A DNA stretch of 63,779 nt, filler included, from Octopus bimaculoides (lineage: Eukaryota): assembly GCF_001194135.2 (NCBI RefSeq). It is 5 parts of 5 records of this genome, joined end to end, with 100 filler letters (N's around TTAATTAATTAA, not from the genome) between each part and the next. Parts side by side here need not be neighbours in the genome. Positions count along the whole stretch, not along the records: positions 1 to 24,574 come from NC_068990.1; 4 more parts are not named here. One strand, 5' to 3'. Shown here in pieces: positions 1 through 13,036 of the stretch. Under the pieces are notes generated by a model. The model did not search any database. It had not been told where the DNA came from and saw only the letters and a program-made list of their open reading frames with translations. The position numbers and the translations under genes are program-made. Position 1 is the stretch's first letter; every line of letters starts with the position of its first letter.

Positions 1-40
<40 letters not shown>

Positions 41-149
41 GGTGTGTGTGTGTGCCCGTGCGTATGTGTGAGCGTGTGTGTATGTATATATGTATAAGCA
101 TATATGCATGCATATATATATATATATACACAAGTGAATGGACAAACCA

Positions 150-470
150 AAAGAATAGGGCACTCAGCACAATTGAAATGAGAAAATAAAAACGGACGAA
201 ATGCTGCTGAAAAATTTGCCAGGCATGCTCGCCGCCTTAAATATTTGGTAAATATCTGTTTCAAATCTTGCCACAAGGCCTTCGCATTCAGGGAAGGGCG
301 TAAATCGATTACATCGACGCCTGTGCTCAGTTGGTACTTATTTTTATCGACCCTGAAACAAAGAAAGGAAAATAAACGTCGGTGGTTTTTGAATACAGGA
401 CGCACAGACAGACGAAATTCTGCTAATCATATCGGCCGGCCTGCTAACCATTCTACCAGTTAGCCGCCTT
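150..470 (-). mobile_element. SINE family A, two partial copies
   Basis: Diverged matches to the GGCGGCGAGCTGGCAGAATCGTTAGC...GAGTTCAAATTCCGCCGAGGTCGACTTTGCCTTTCATCC...CTGGGGTCGAT element seen many times in the window. Confidence 0.75.
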
Positions 471-836
471 ATGTTTGGTAAATATTAAAAGGAAATTGAA
501 GTCACAAGCATAACTGTATGGTTAAGAAGCTTGCTTTGCGACCACGCGCTTTTGGGTTCAGTCTGAATGTCCAGCGTGTTCGTTAGATATATTCTACTAG
601 GGACCCGGCTCCACCTATGTCGGTCAGTAAATTTGACAGATGGGAAATACGTGGAATGATGTCATAATACATAATGGATAGATTAATATGTGTGAGTGTG
701 TGCTTCTGTGATTGTGTTTGCTTGTGGGCACCTTTGTGTCTGTGTTGGAATATCTCACCGATTGGCAAATGATGTTGGTTTCTATACGTCCCTGTATATT
801 AGGCGATCGGAAAAATGAACCGAGAATAAAAAGTAC

Positions 837-868
<32 letters not shown>

Positions 869-1044
869 CACACAGATAGACAGACAGATACACACACAGA
901 GACATACACGTTCACGCACAATATATAAATTCTGGGATCCATTTGCTCGACACCAGAATGGCCAGAATCCAAAAACTGAAATAAGTAAAAGCAAATAAGA
1001 GTACATTATGCTTTTGAATGACATTCCATTAAAATATGGCAATA

Positions 1045-1740
1045 CATCAGTAATACCGGTTTTCATATTTTGCCACAAGGCCAGCAATTCTGGTGGGGGT
1101 GGGGGTGGAGTCGTTTACGTCAATCTCAATACTCAACTGGTAGTTGTTTTGCCGACTCCGAAAGGATGAAAGTCAGAGACAACCTCTGCGGAATTTGAAC
1201 TATAATTGTAAAGACGGACGAAATACCGCTAAGCATTTTGTCCGGCGTACTATGCATTCTGGCAGATCGTCGCCTTAATGCACCAATGCTGGCTTTTATA
1301 TTCTGGCACAATGCCAGTAATTTTGGGGCTGGATTAAATCGATTACATCGACCCGAGTGCTAAACTGGTACTTAGTTTATCGAGCCCAAAAATGATCACA
1401 GGCCAAATATATCTCTGCGGGATTTCAACTCAGAACGTACCGACGGATGAAATACTGCTAAGCATTTTGTCCGGCGTACCAAGTATTCTGGCAGATCGTC
1501 GCCTTAATACTAATATTGGTTTTCAAATTTTGGCACAATGCCAATAAATTTGGGACAGGATTAAGTCGATTATATGGCCGCCAGAGCTAAACTGGTACCT
1601 AATGTATAAAGCCCGAAAGGATGAAAGGCCAAGTCCACTTCGGCGAAATTTCAACTCAGCATGTACAGACGGATGAAATGCCGCTACGCATTTTGTCCGG
1701 CGCGGTAACGATTTTGCTAGCTCACAACCTTATACATCAA
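1045..1740 (-). mobile_element. SINE family A, three tandem copies (period about 230 bp)
   Basis: Three successive reverse copies. Confidence 0.85.
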
Positions 1741-2212
1741 GAGTATTAAAATATATCGAACCGTTTAACATCGGGTAACACTAGTAATGTCATCATTACA
1801 TAATAAATTGTGTGCAATAATAAACTATAGATTCATTTGTCAATGTGTTTGTGTTTTAATCTGAATGTAATATTATCAGTTGACTCCTATATAACTTCTT
1901 AATAGAATGTCATCAGCATTAATTGCATAACAAATATTACATAATGTAATCTACCCCATCCATTACGCTGTTGAAACATCTTGTTAGGAAATGTATCCTG
2001 GAACATAGTTTTCATTATTTATTCATTTCTCTCAACCACAATATGTAGATCCATTATGATATTACATTAGTATACATTATTGAGATATTGAGTTATCTTT
2101 GCAAACCGATATCTGACAATTCACAGAACATTACAGAAAATTGAATAAAGTATTTCTAATGAGTAAAGAATTTCCATCCCTTTCTCTTTCACTCTCCATC
2201 CTTTGTCTGTCG

Positions 2213-2265
<53 letters not shown>

Positions 2266-3239
2266 TATAAATATATATATATATGTGTGTGTTTGTGTGT
2301 GTTTGTGTGTGCGTGTATATATATATATATATATTCATCTCTCTCTCTCTTTATCTATATACGGTCAAACACCTAGTCTTCATTCAAATTTATCGTGAAA
2401 GTCTAGATTTATTTTGACTCATATGCATTGTTTTACTTTATGAGAGATATCTTTTGGAGTACTGAGTAAAATGTTATGTTTACGTTTTATATGTTATAAC
2501 AGTAGAAAATACTTGAGAAAATGTTAGTTTCTGTACAAAACTCTAAAACAATATGAAGAATGTTGTTTGTTGGAAATGAAATAAAGTTTTTTTTCTTTCA
2601 TTTTTGACTAAGTTTAGCAACAGCAGTGTTATATCATATGTCAATTCTTATAGATAGAATTATATTAAATAACAGCTTCATTAATTATTGAACTATCAGG
2701 AACATATAGTTTTACTCTTTACAATTAGATTATGATTGATAAATTTGCTGTGGTAGTTTTTGTAAAAGTTTTCCGAATAAAATTCATGGAAATACTTATA
2801 ACATGAACATTTAATTTAGCAAAAATTACTGATATTTGGAATAATTGCGGTATTTACTAGAAACCAAAAAACAAAAACACTATAATATAACTCAGTCATT
2901 ATTGACGCTTATTAATTTGAATAATTTCGATTTTAAAGAAAGGTTGTAATTAAACCTACATTTAATCGGAAAAATATCATTAAATGTATTAAAAGACACG
3001 AAGAAGGCTATTGTACAATGCACTTGTCAAGTAGTCATGTAATGCTCTTACACGCATTTGATTTCTAAAACGCAGATACTATTTTCTTCTCATTTCCTTT
3101 AATAATTATCGGCACTAATTTATCAAGATTTGACATTAATTTATATGTCAGTTGTTATAAGTTTACGATCTTTTAATATGAATGCAATGAATGTACTAAG
3201 TACGAATAGTTTTGAGAAATTCCTCTTCTACTAATTGTA

Positions 3240-3282
<43 letters not shown>

Positions 3283-5185
3283 TTAATATTTCTAAGTCTC
3301 TCTAAAGGAGACTACGGCAGCGGTACTGGAAATTAATAGTTATCGCCAAGCCAACATGGCAGTCCCAAAATTAGGACGAAAGCTGCCGTGAATTAGCTCC
3401 AAGAAGCCATCGCCTCTAGCTAGCTATGTGACACACGAAACCTGTGTCCTTTATAACCTTCGAACAGGGGAGGTCAGCAGTGTCCCCCTGCTGGTATGTA
3501 TGTATGTATGCATGTATGTTTCCTTGTTTGTATGTAAGTATGTAGGTATGTGTATATATATATGTGTGTGTTTGTGTATGTGTTTGTATACTCATATATA
3601 GCTAAACAGATGGCGAAACAGAAAGGGGAATATAAGGACAAAAAGAGATGTATGAGTAATTTTTGTGTATATACCTATCAACTTAGCCGTTAATACATAC
3701 ACGCACTCATACTCAGATACACACACACACACNNNNNNNNNNTATATATATGCGTGTGTGTGTATCTGTTTGTATATGAGAACTATGTACACATAAATAC
3801 ATTATTACTTATCAGACTGTCATGCATTCATAGGAATTTCTTAAACTACGAGTGCATATTGAATAGCATAGAACTAGATACGCTATGGATCTAATGTAAC
3901 AATGGACGAACACGTCTGTCATGTTTACTTTTATATCATCGATAAACCTGAAAGTGATCTGGAGTAGAGGCAGAATATCTGTGATATGTTCGAGAATGGC
4001 GACGAAAGGACCTTGACATTCATAGCTAATTGGTGGATCCATCGAATGACTAATCACACAATTAATAGGTTAATTATTTAAATGATACACCAATTGATTA
4101 ATAATAATTAAAGACGTGGAATAATACCAGTGCGTATGAATCAATTAACAAAGTGTAACGGAATCGGTTCCATTTGGGTTGACAGAAAATTTAGCCATAA
4201 CGTCACTTATAGAACCATGTTGTCATCTGAGACCATATATACTTAGGAAAAATCAGCTGTGTTTTTAAGATGATTATCAAACAGCTGTTGTGATGGTAGG
4301 AATTCGTTCCATAACTTCTATGTTACGGCATTCGTATATATATAACTGCTATACGCTGCTACCTGCTCGTCTATTTTTTTCTTTTGTTTCTGCTTAGTTT
4401 ACTTTTTTTCAGCAGAGAAATTTCTAAGGGGAATAACTCTGAATACTTAATGATATGTTTAACACACATTGCATATGGTGCACATTTAAACGTCTCTATC
4501 TTCATGCACAGACACAAACAAATACAAACACATGCTCACTCACAGGTACGCATGTGTGTGTGTGTGTGTGTGAAGCGAAGCGGCAACTTCGACCGCTGAG
4601 CTATATATCTATCTATATATATATATATATATATATNNNNNNNNNNNNNNNNNNNNNNNNNNNNNNNNNNNNNNNNNNNNNNNNNNNNNNNNNNNNNNNN
4701 NNNNNNNNNNNNNNNNNNNNNNNNNNNNNNNNNNNNNNNNNNNNNNNNNNNNNNNNNNNNNNNNNNNNNNNNNNNNNNNNNNNNNNNNNNNNNNNNNNNN
4801 NNNNNNNNNNNNNNNNNNNNNNNNNNNNNNNNNNNNNNNNNNNNNNNNNNNNNNNNNNNNNNNNNNNNNNNNNNNNNNNNNNNNNNNNNNNNNNNNNNNN
4901 NNNNNNNNNNNNNNNNNNNNNNNNNNNNNNNNNNNNNNNNNNNNNNNNNNNNNTATATATATATACATACATACATATGGATGTATGTATGTATGTATCG
5001 AGTATCGTTCTAATTTTAGTGTATTTACTACTGTTATATACACCAATGAGTGACGGATAGATTTATCCGTAATATTTGCATGCGTTGTTTACACCCTGTT
5101 AACATCGCAGCGGATAAAGCGTAGAACGAACATATGTAAATTTATCTGCAGCTAAATGCAAGGATGTGACTCTGTGCGCGCACCC

Positions 5186-5229
<44 letters not shown>

Positions 5230-5742
5230 GTATGTGTGTGTGTGTGTGTGTTAGCTGTCAAGGATACAGTTTATTTTCGCTGAATGCAATGAAACATATG
5301 TAAAAAGTTTTTAAGGCAGCTGTCGTGTTAGTGTGCCATTCATTCTTAGCCTGGATTCCAATCGTCGTCATTTTTGTATATAAAAATAGCAACATTATTA
5401 TATATAAAATAACATTCGAAACTTAATACGTGTAAACTTCCATATGTACAAATCACACACACTTACATGCATATCTCTCTCGCTCTCCCATTTTCACTCC
5501 CTCAATATATATGCATTATGAGTGTGTGTTAGTATATTTCATATAATGTGTGTAGGTATTGGATTTAGTTGAATAAAACAAGGCGCAACATATTAAAATC
5601 TAGTGTTTATATACCATTAGTAGGTAAGAGCCGTTACTGATGTGTTACGTATTAATATTGAGAGTCACAAATATAATTCAAATATATATTTAAATATATT
5701 TTAAAAAGACGAAGACCTATAAAGTGTAGAAAAACAGATGGA

Positions 5743-6336
5743 GATCTTTTTTAAAACGGGGGCCACATTTTTCATTAATGTTTTACGTAGTGCTTTTGGT
5801 ACCGAAAGACTTTCAAACTTCGTATACTTATCTATTTTGTGTTATAGAACAGAAAAATACTTTTGTATTCGAATTTATTTCATGTAAAAAATTGTCTTAT
5901 TTCGATAATTTCAACCAATCACTGACGTCCATTCAGCCGATATACATTAAGTGCCGACTACATAAACAAACGATTCTTCGTTTTATTTGCTTTTTTCATT
6001 TTAAATTTGCTTTAACCCTAACCCTAACCCTAACCCTAACCCTAACTCTAACCCTAGGGTTAGGGTTAGGGTTAGAGTTAGGGTTAGGGTTAGGGTTAAT
6101 TGTTTCAGAATCGTTTGTTTATGTAGTCGGCACTTAATGTATATCGGCTGAATGGACGTCAGTGATTGGTTGAAATTACAGAAATACGACAACTTTAACA
6201 TGGAATAATTTATGGATTTCTTTTTTTTTTAAGAAGACTAAGAGAAAAAGATGTTTTATATGACACATTCCACCAGTGATCCAAATTTCAAAGTGTTTCG
6301 TTAATGAAAAATGTGGCCCCCGTTTTAAAAAAGATC
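5743..6336. mobile_element. Palindromic MITE-like element with internal (CCCTAA)n/(TTAGGG)n core
   Basis: About 36-bp terminal inverted repeats (GATCTTTTTTAAAACGGGGGCCACATTTTTCATTAA), perfect inner arms about 5906-5977 and 6107-6178, and a telomeric hexamer core 6014-6097 with its dyad at CCCTAGGG. Confidence 0.8.
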
Positions 6337-6384
6337 CACAGATGGTTCTATAAATAATCTGTCGAAGATGGTCCAATACAAATT

Positions 6385-6800
6385 ACGAGAGCTGATCAAT
6401 AAGTATCCGGACTGTTGCAATAGTAGTAAAGCTAAACAACGCTGAGTGACGCTGCTTGGCACAGACTAACCTTGACCTCAGCGTTCCATGTACACTACGT
6501 TATAACGTTGTAGCTCACTTCCCTTGTGTACAGCAGTGATTCTAAATAACGTGTGTAGCGTGTGATCGTCGCATTGACCAAGACAGAGGCCAACGCAATG
6601 TTGCAGAAAGTGTAAGGAGAGTTTATGAGCCGAATGGCTCAGACGTTTCGAACATGGCCGAAAAAAATGCCAATGTTGACGAACGTTCTGGGAAACCTGC
6701 AACAAGCAAAACTGAGAAAAACTTCGCAGATGTGCATGCAGCTGTAAAGGCAAATCGTCGAACGACATCCATGAATTATCAGAGGATATTATCAGAGACT
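6385..6800 (+). mobile_element. Mariner transposon 5' fragment
   Basis: Begins with TACGAGAGCTGATCAATAAGTATCCGGACT, a mariner-type terminus, then degenerate HTH linker (NANVDERSGKPATSK). Confidence 0.6.
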
Positions 6801-7337
6801 TCGCATTTGCACCATATGTTTGTTTGCAGTATTTATTGTCTTTTTGTTATGTTTAAACTGCATATTTTTATTTATTTAAACCCCTTGAGGGCATAGTCTT
6901 AAGTGCTAATGAATAATTTATTTTAATTCTACAGCATTTTTGCTGAAATATTTATACATATATGCTTCTCCTCACATTTTTAGTACGTTTACTATACGGT
7001 CATTATAGTATTTTTAAAGGTCGAAGTCTGCCAAATTCATGCATTTCGTGCCAAATACATGCATTTCGTGTTACTCTATAATGAGCAAAACTTGCTGCTT
7101 TATAGCAGAGTCTGCTGTTTGACTGGCTATCACACGTTCTGATGTTTACTACATTCATTATTTTATAGCACAATTATATTTAGGGTATCTATATGTGTAT
7201 CCATTTGTATATTTAATTATATATGTGTATCAGATAATGTGGCCTCGCTGATGTAAGCAAACATAGATTACGAAACAGCTGTCAGCAAATGGAATAAATA
7301 TCTATTCTCTCACTGTTCTCACCTAGTCAATATGTGA

Positions 7338-7396
<59 letters not shown>

Positions 7397-7634
7397 GAAA
7401 AGTGGATTTGATAATGGAGAGGTCTTAAAGATGTTTAATGACTTGACGAGTTTCACATTTAAAAAAAAGATTATCAAAGTGAAAATGTAAGGCTTTGTGT
7501 AGCTTTTGTTGTGTTAAAAAGTGGTTATCATAGATGTATTAAATTACAGTGATAAGTCTCTGCTATAAATGTTAAGAAATAGAATCTTTGACAATGATAG
7601 GAAAAAGTTAATAGTTTTACTATTAATACAGATA

Positions 7635-7805
7635 CTCATTTACTCTTTTACATCGACTTATTCTTTGTAAGCCTAGTACTTATTCTATCGGTCTCTTTTG
7701 CCTAACCGCTATGTTATGGGAACGTAAACAAACCAACATCGGTTGTTAAGTGATGTTGCGGGGAACACAGACACACGGACATACACACACACACACACGC
7801 ACACA

Positions 7806-7844
<39 letters not shown>

Positions 7845-8005
7845 ACGACGGGCTTCTTTGAGTTTCCATCTACCAAATCCGCTCACAAGGCTTTGGTCGG
7901 CCCGAGGCTATAGTGGAAGACATCTGCCCAAGGTGCCACGCAGTGGGACTGAACCCTGAACCATGTGGTTCGTAAGCATGCTACTTACCACACAGCCACT
8001 CCTAC
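7635..8005 (-). mobile_element. Composite SINE B/C (tRNA-like head, internal CA/TA microsatellite, tail)
   Basis: Head GTGGCTGTGTGGTAAG..GGTTCAGTCCCACTGCGTGGCACCTTGGG, microsatellite at about 7780-7840, tail ending AAAAGAGTAAA. Confidence 0.85.
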
Positions 8006-9114
8006 ACCTAAAGTTATGTTTTATCTGTTGTAGTTTAATTTTAACGTTAGTGATTAATCCTTCCTAAATTTAGATTGAATAATGTACATACGGTAAATGT
8101 ATTTCAAAGATGTGTTTTTTCCGGTATGTTTCTTCCCCCACAACACTTTTTTTAGTGCTGTTAACACCACCGGATTGAATGGTACTGCCTAGGTGTCGAA
8201 ACCATAATGATATCCGTGGGGCAGCTGATGGAGGCATATTTTACTGTTGGTATGCCTGTTTTTGTATATGTGGAATAGCGTTATAACACAGCCTTTATAT
8301 ATATATATATATACACACACACACATATACGTCTGTGTATGTACATGTCTATGTGCGTGTATATGTGTTTGTGTGTCTATGTATGTATGGATTGATATTG
8401 GCTTGATATTGCATATCTTGCATTCAATTTATTCAGATTCATAGAAATTCATCTACTTTATAGAAATTATTTATATCCGACCTTATTAAAATTCATAGAA
8501 TTGGCAAAAGTAATTATTGGAAATAATAACAATTAAAATAAAATTCTTCCATAACTAAAACAGTTAAAAGTTACCAAAATAATCTACAATATCATCCTCG
8601 ATGAGTTTCCTGGTGAACTTTTGCATATCAGATTCATGTGTCCATTTGTATCTACACTTCGCTGATGCTAGACAGAAAAGTGTAGATACGTCAGAAGTTT
8701 ATAGTTGTTGTTGGCAATTCTGCTTTATGTTACACGGCGTCTTGTGTGTCCCTGTTAACAATATGTTGAGTTTAACATCAGGCAGTTTGCATTTTGAGAT
8801 CCTTTGGTAGTTGCATGTGCTGAAGTTTTATTGAATTTTTTCTAAGATAAAGCGATATAAACGTCAAGGACATTTGATCCTAATAGATACAAAGATTTGA
8901 AATTCAGTCCTCCCAATAACCATTACCTGACTCATCTATTGCATTTGGGAAATGTGAACTTAGCGATTTTCGTGCATGTATGCACGATGTGATATTTATA
9001 ATTATTTTTTTCTTAAAAGGTGACCAGTTGGAGTGAAGAATCAAGATAATTAGTCATTATACCACACAAACTTTATAAATATAGAGACTCCTTTGCGAAC
9101 TTACAATACTCCAT

Positions 9115-9237
9115 TATTATTATTATTATTATTTTATGTTTGACTTTTGTTTTGCATTTGTACAAGTTGGATCCAAGTCTCACCCAGAGACCTCAAGAGA
9201 CAACAAGTTAGAAGTTCATGTAGGTGTTATGCCTAGG
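9115..9237 (-). mobile_element. Probable R4/Dong non-LTR retrotransposon 3' UTR with (TAA)n tail
   Basis: Minus strand ends ...GTCAAACATAAAATAATAATAAT and is embedded between TAA repeats, next to an R4 REL fragment. Confidence 0.45.
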
Positions 9238-9380
<143 letters not shown>

Positions 9381-9720
9381 AATAGGACATTTTAATGTTC
9401 AGACGGATCATGAAATTCTTGCAAGGCGACCAGATATATCGTTCTGGATAGAGGAAGAAAAGAGGGCACCATCATAGATGTAAACAAAAATATAGAAGTC
9501 AAAGAATAGGAGAAAACAGGAAAATACCAGGACTTGGCCAGGGAAATGTAGATAATGAGGAGGCTTTCTACAAAAGCAATCCCACATATTATAGGTGCCC
9601 TACCGTCATCAACGCACATGGCGGTTTCCTTACAACAGAGATTTGTGTAACTACGAGAGATGCATTAATTCAGAAATCTGCTCTATTGGGAAAAGCATGG
9701 ATTATACGTAAAGGATCTAG
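9381..9720 (+). mobile_element. R4/Dong non-LTR retrotransposon C-terminal REL endonuclease fragment
   Basis: Frameshifted FNVQTDHEILARRPDI...KYQDLAREM...IPHIIGAL...IQKSALLGKAWIIRK, matching the R4/Dong PD-(D/E)xK region. Confidence 0.8.
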
Positions 9721-9799
9721 TTCCGACTCGGAATCAAGGTCCTTGTTTACGAATATGAAACATTCGTTCAATCTATGAACAATGATAAACATCATCCGC

Positions 9800-10215
9800 G
9801 CAGCGTGGCTGTGGATAAGGAGTTTGCTTCCCAACCACTTGATTCCAGGTTTAGTCCCACTGCATGACATCATAAGCGTGTCTTCTACTATAGCCTCCGG
9901 CTGACCAAAGCATTGTGTGTGTGTGTGTGTGTGTGCGTGTGTGTGCGTGTGCGTGCGTGTTTGTTTGAGTGTATGTATGTGCGTATGTATGACCGCGTTT
10001 GTGTTTGCGTCCATGTTTGTCCTCTCAGCACCGCTTGACAACCGGTATTCCTGTGTTTATATCCTCGTAACTTAACAGTTTGGTAAAACAGACCGATACA
10101 CTAACTGCTAAGTTTTATAAAAATATAATTACTGTGGTCGATTCATTCGACTAAAATTCTTCAAGGCTGCACCCCAGCATGGCCGCAGTCTGATTGCTAA
10201 AAGAATAAATAGATG
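9800..10215 (+). mobile_element. Composite SINE B/C
   Basis: Same head, (GT)n, same tail. Confidence 0.8.
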
Positions 10216-11591
10216 AAAGAATGATGATTTTCTTTCTTTCTCGATACAAATATGATGATATGATTCGCTAAACGACTATGATCCATTACCAGTACCAAAA
10301 ACTTTATTAAGAAAATATACACAAATTTACTTTACATTTTTGTGGTGGTTTGTGCCTTTTCTTTTTCTTTAATCATACAAGTATAAAACAATGTAACTGC
10401 GACTGTGAAATAATCAATAACGTGCAGGTATATCAATAACGTGTGGTTAACTTCCAAATTCAAACAACATGCTGAGAATATTTCACTGTTCTTCCCTTTT
10501 TTATATATTTTTCGAGCATCTAAGATGAAAAGTAATTTTCATTAGAAACAGGCACGATACTAATGAGTAAAAATATTTAATGTTTATTCATTTCGTGACA
10601 TTGAAATATCAATATACACGTTTCTATATTCCTAATGTTGTTAGCTTGTAAAGCACAGCTTATACCACATTTTAGTTTGCATTGAATACGTCAGGTGTTC
10701 AGGAAGTAACAATCGAAATCCTATGCCTTTACATGAAAAACTAGATATTGAGTAGAACTAACGAATGGTTACTGGAAGCAATTACCGAGTCAATAGTGGA
10801 ACCAATTAGGATAAAATCGAAATGATAAATGGTTTCGAATAGAGCAGCAATAAAGAATTAAAAATTGAAGTCAATATGTTGGTATCACTATTCTGTACAT
10901 GAGTGAAAATGCAGTAAATTAATAATGAACAAAAACAAAAATGATAAAAACAGAATTTAAAAACCCCCAGAGTTTAAGACTGAAAACTTTCAGGTGTATG
11001 GATCCAAGAAACCAGAATTAATAACGTAGTTAAGTGATAAACCGTATTGGCAGTAATGAAATACATTGCGGCATTGAGCAATAAACAAACATTGAATCAG
11101 CTCATGAATGCATAGAATCAATTCTATGATACAATATCGTAATGTCCATATTACAGTACATCGACTGATTTAATCAGTTTCCAGCATTTCTCAGCAAAGT
11201 AGTGAGTCTTCATTTAAGTCATGTTGAATACTTCAATAAGAAGCAATTGAATCAACCATTAAAGTTTAAACATGTTTCAACATTTCACATACATACATAA
11301 ATACAAACATACACTCATGTTCTTATGTGAGTGTGTGAGGGTATGTGTTGAGGTAGAGGTGCGAATTCGGGTCAAGTTACCCTAAAAGTAATTCAAAACA
11401 CCAACCAATATAGTGATTGATTATTGATATAATATATACTAATTATTGACTATTGATTATCCGTTATCGTATTGATCATAACGAAATATTTGCAACAGCA
11501 AGACATATATCGTGAACGTCCCTTCAAACTACAGGTGGTGCTATTAAGTTAGACATGACCTGGGCCTATACAGGCCGAAACCTATCACAGT

Positions 11592-11666
<75 letters not shown>

Positions 11667-12616
11667 TAATGTTTCAGCAAATAGAAAATACTCTATCAGC
11701 TAAGAGAGGGAAGATAATCTAAATAAAAGACCGAAAATCTAGCTAAGTTCGAAAAACGGGTGACTCCAGAAAGTCAATGGATATCCAATACTATGTACTC
11801 GAGCTCTGTGCTGCTATTTCTCTTGTAAAGTACTTGTTTCTGCAACGATCAAGACAAACTGGTGACTATGGTACAGAAAACCCAGTGGCTGCGCAAATTA
11901 TTGATATGTTTTCAACAATGGGTACGTTTAACAGGTTCAGTCAGTAGTGACCCATGAGAATATGAATGTAAGGATACTGTACCTCATTTGTGGGAGTGAG
12001 CGACCCCTAGTTCTTGTTAGGCCTTTGCTCCAGATGGGAACACCGATGTAGAACATGAGACTTGATGGCAAACAATGATGTTGATTAGTTTCTATTTTAG
12101 GAGTATTTGTCATCGTTGTTCAGACAGTGGGATCGGGTCTGTACAAGGTCAGTTCTCAGTTTAAGAAACATCATTCACAGGCATCACCTGTCGTACTAGC
12201 ATCATTCTTCACCTCGTTTTCTTTTTCTTTTGGTGGTGGTGGTGGTGGGGTTATTTCAAACGCTGAAGGTGGCTTAAAAGGGAAAGCTACATTCAATAAA
12301 ATCTAATACTGGCAATAATACAGACAATTGTAATAAGGGCTCTACAACGGACTGTGAAGGTTTCCAACGTGGCAGATATTCTGGGTCATCTCAGTTAAAG
12401 GGTGGTCGTTATTCTCTGACTATGTATGTAGTATCTGTGTCCGTCACTTGCTGGACCGAAAAGACATACCTGTGTGTGCTGTCTGAAGTGAAGTCATCTG
12501 TGTACATCGACACTCGTATCGCCAGGAATCTATAGCCAACATGATACGCGTGTCTGTGCGTGTCTGTGCGTGTCTGTGCGTGTCTAAGTGCCTGCGTATA
12601 CATAACGACGGGTGTG

Positions 12617-12661
<45 letters not shown>

Positions 12662-12977
12662 NNNNNNNNNNNNNNNNNNNNNNNNNNNNNNNNNNNNNNN
12701 NNNNNNNNNNNNNNNNNNNNNNNNNNGCATTAGAATGGTTTGTTCAATAAGCTTTTTACTTTAAATAAGATTTTGTTTCCTCAATTTTACAGGTATAATA
12801 TAATTTTATACTTTTTTCCTTCTAGGTAAGTTACTGACTTTCTCAACAATTTCAAACTTTGGAGTTTTCCTTTATCCACTAAAGGTTAGTGCAGCTTTCT
12901 CCGTAATTGTGTTTGCAATAATTTCTTTTTCATTTTTTAAACATGTGAGAACGTATATAGAAATCACTGTGTGTGAC

Positions 12978-13036
<59 letters not shown>

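Noticed and set aside
6014-6097. Telomeric repeats as a chromosome-fusion scar or chromosome end
   Set aside because: Order is (CCCTAA)n then (TTAGGG)n, opposite to a fusion, and they sit inside a TIR-bounded element with a second copy in the window.
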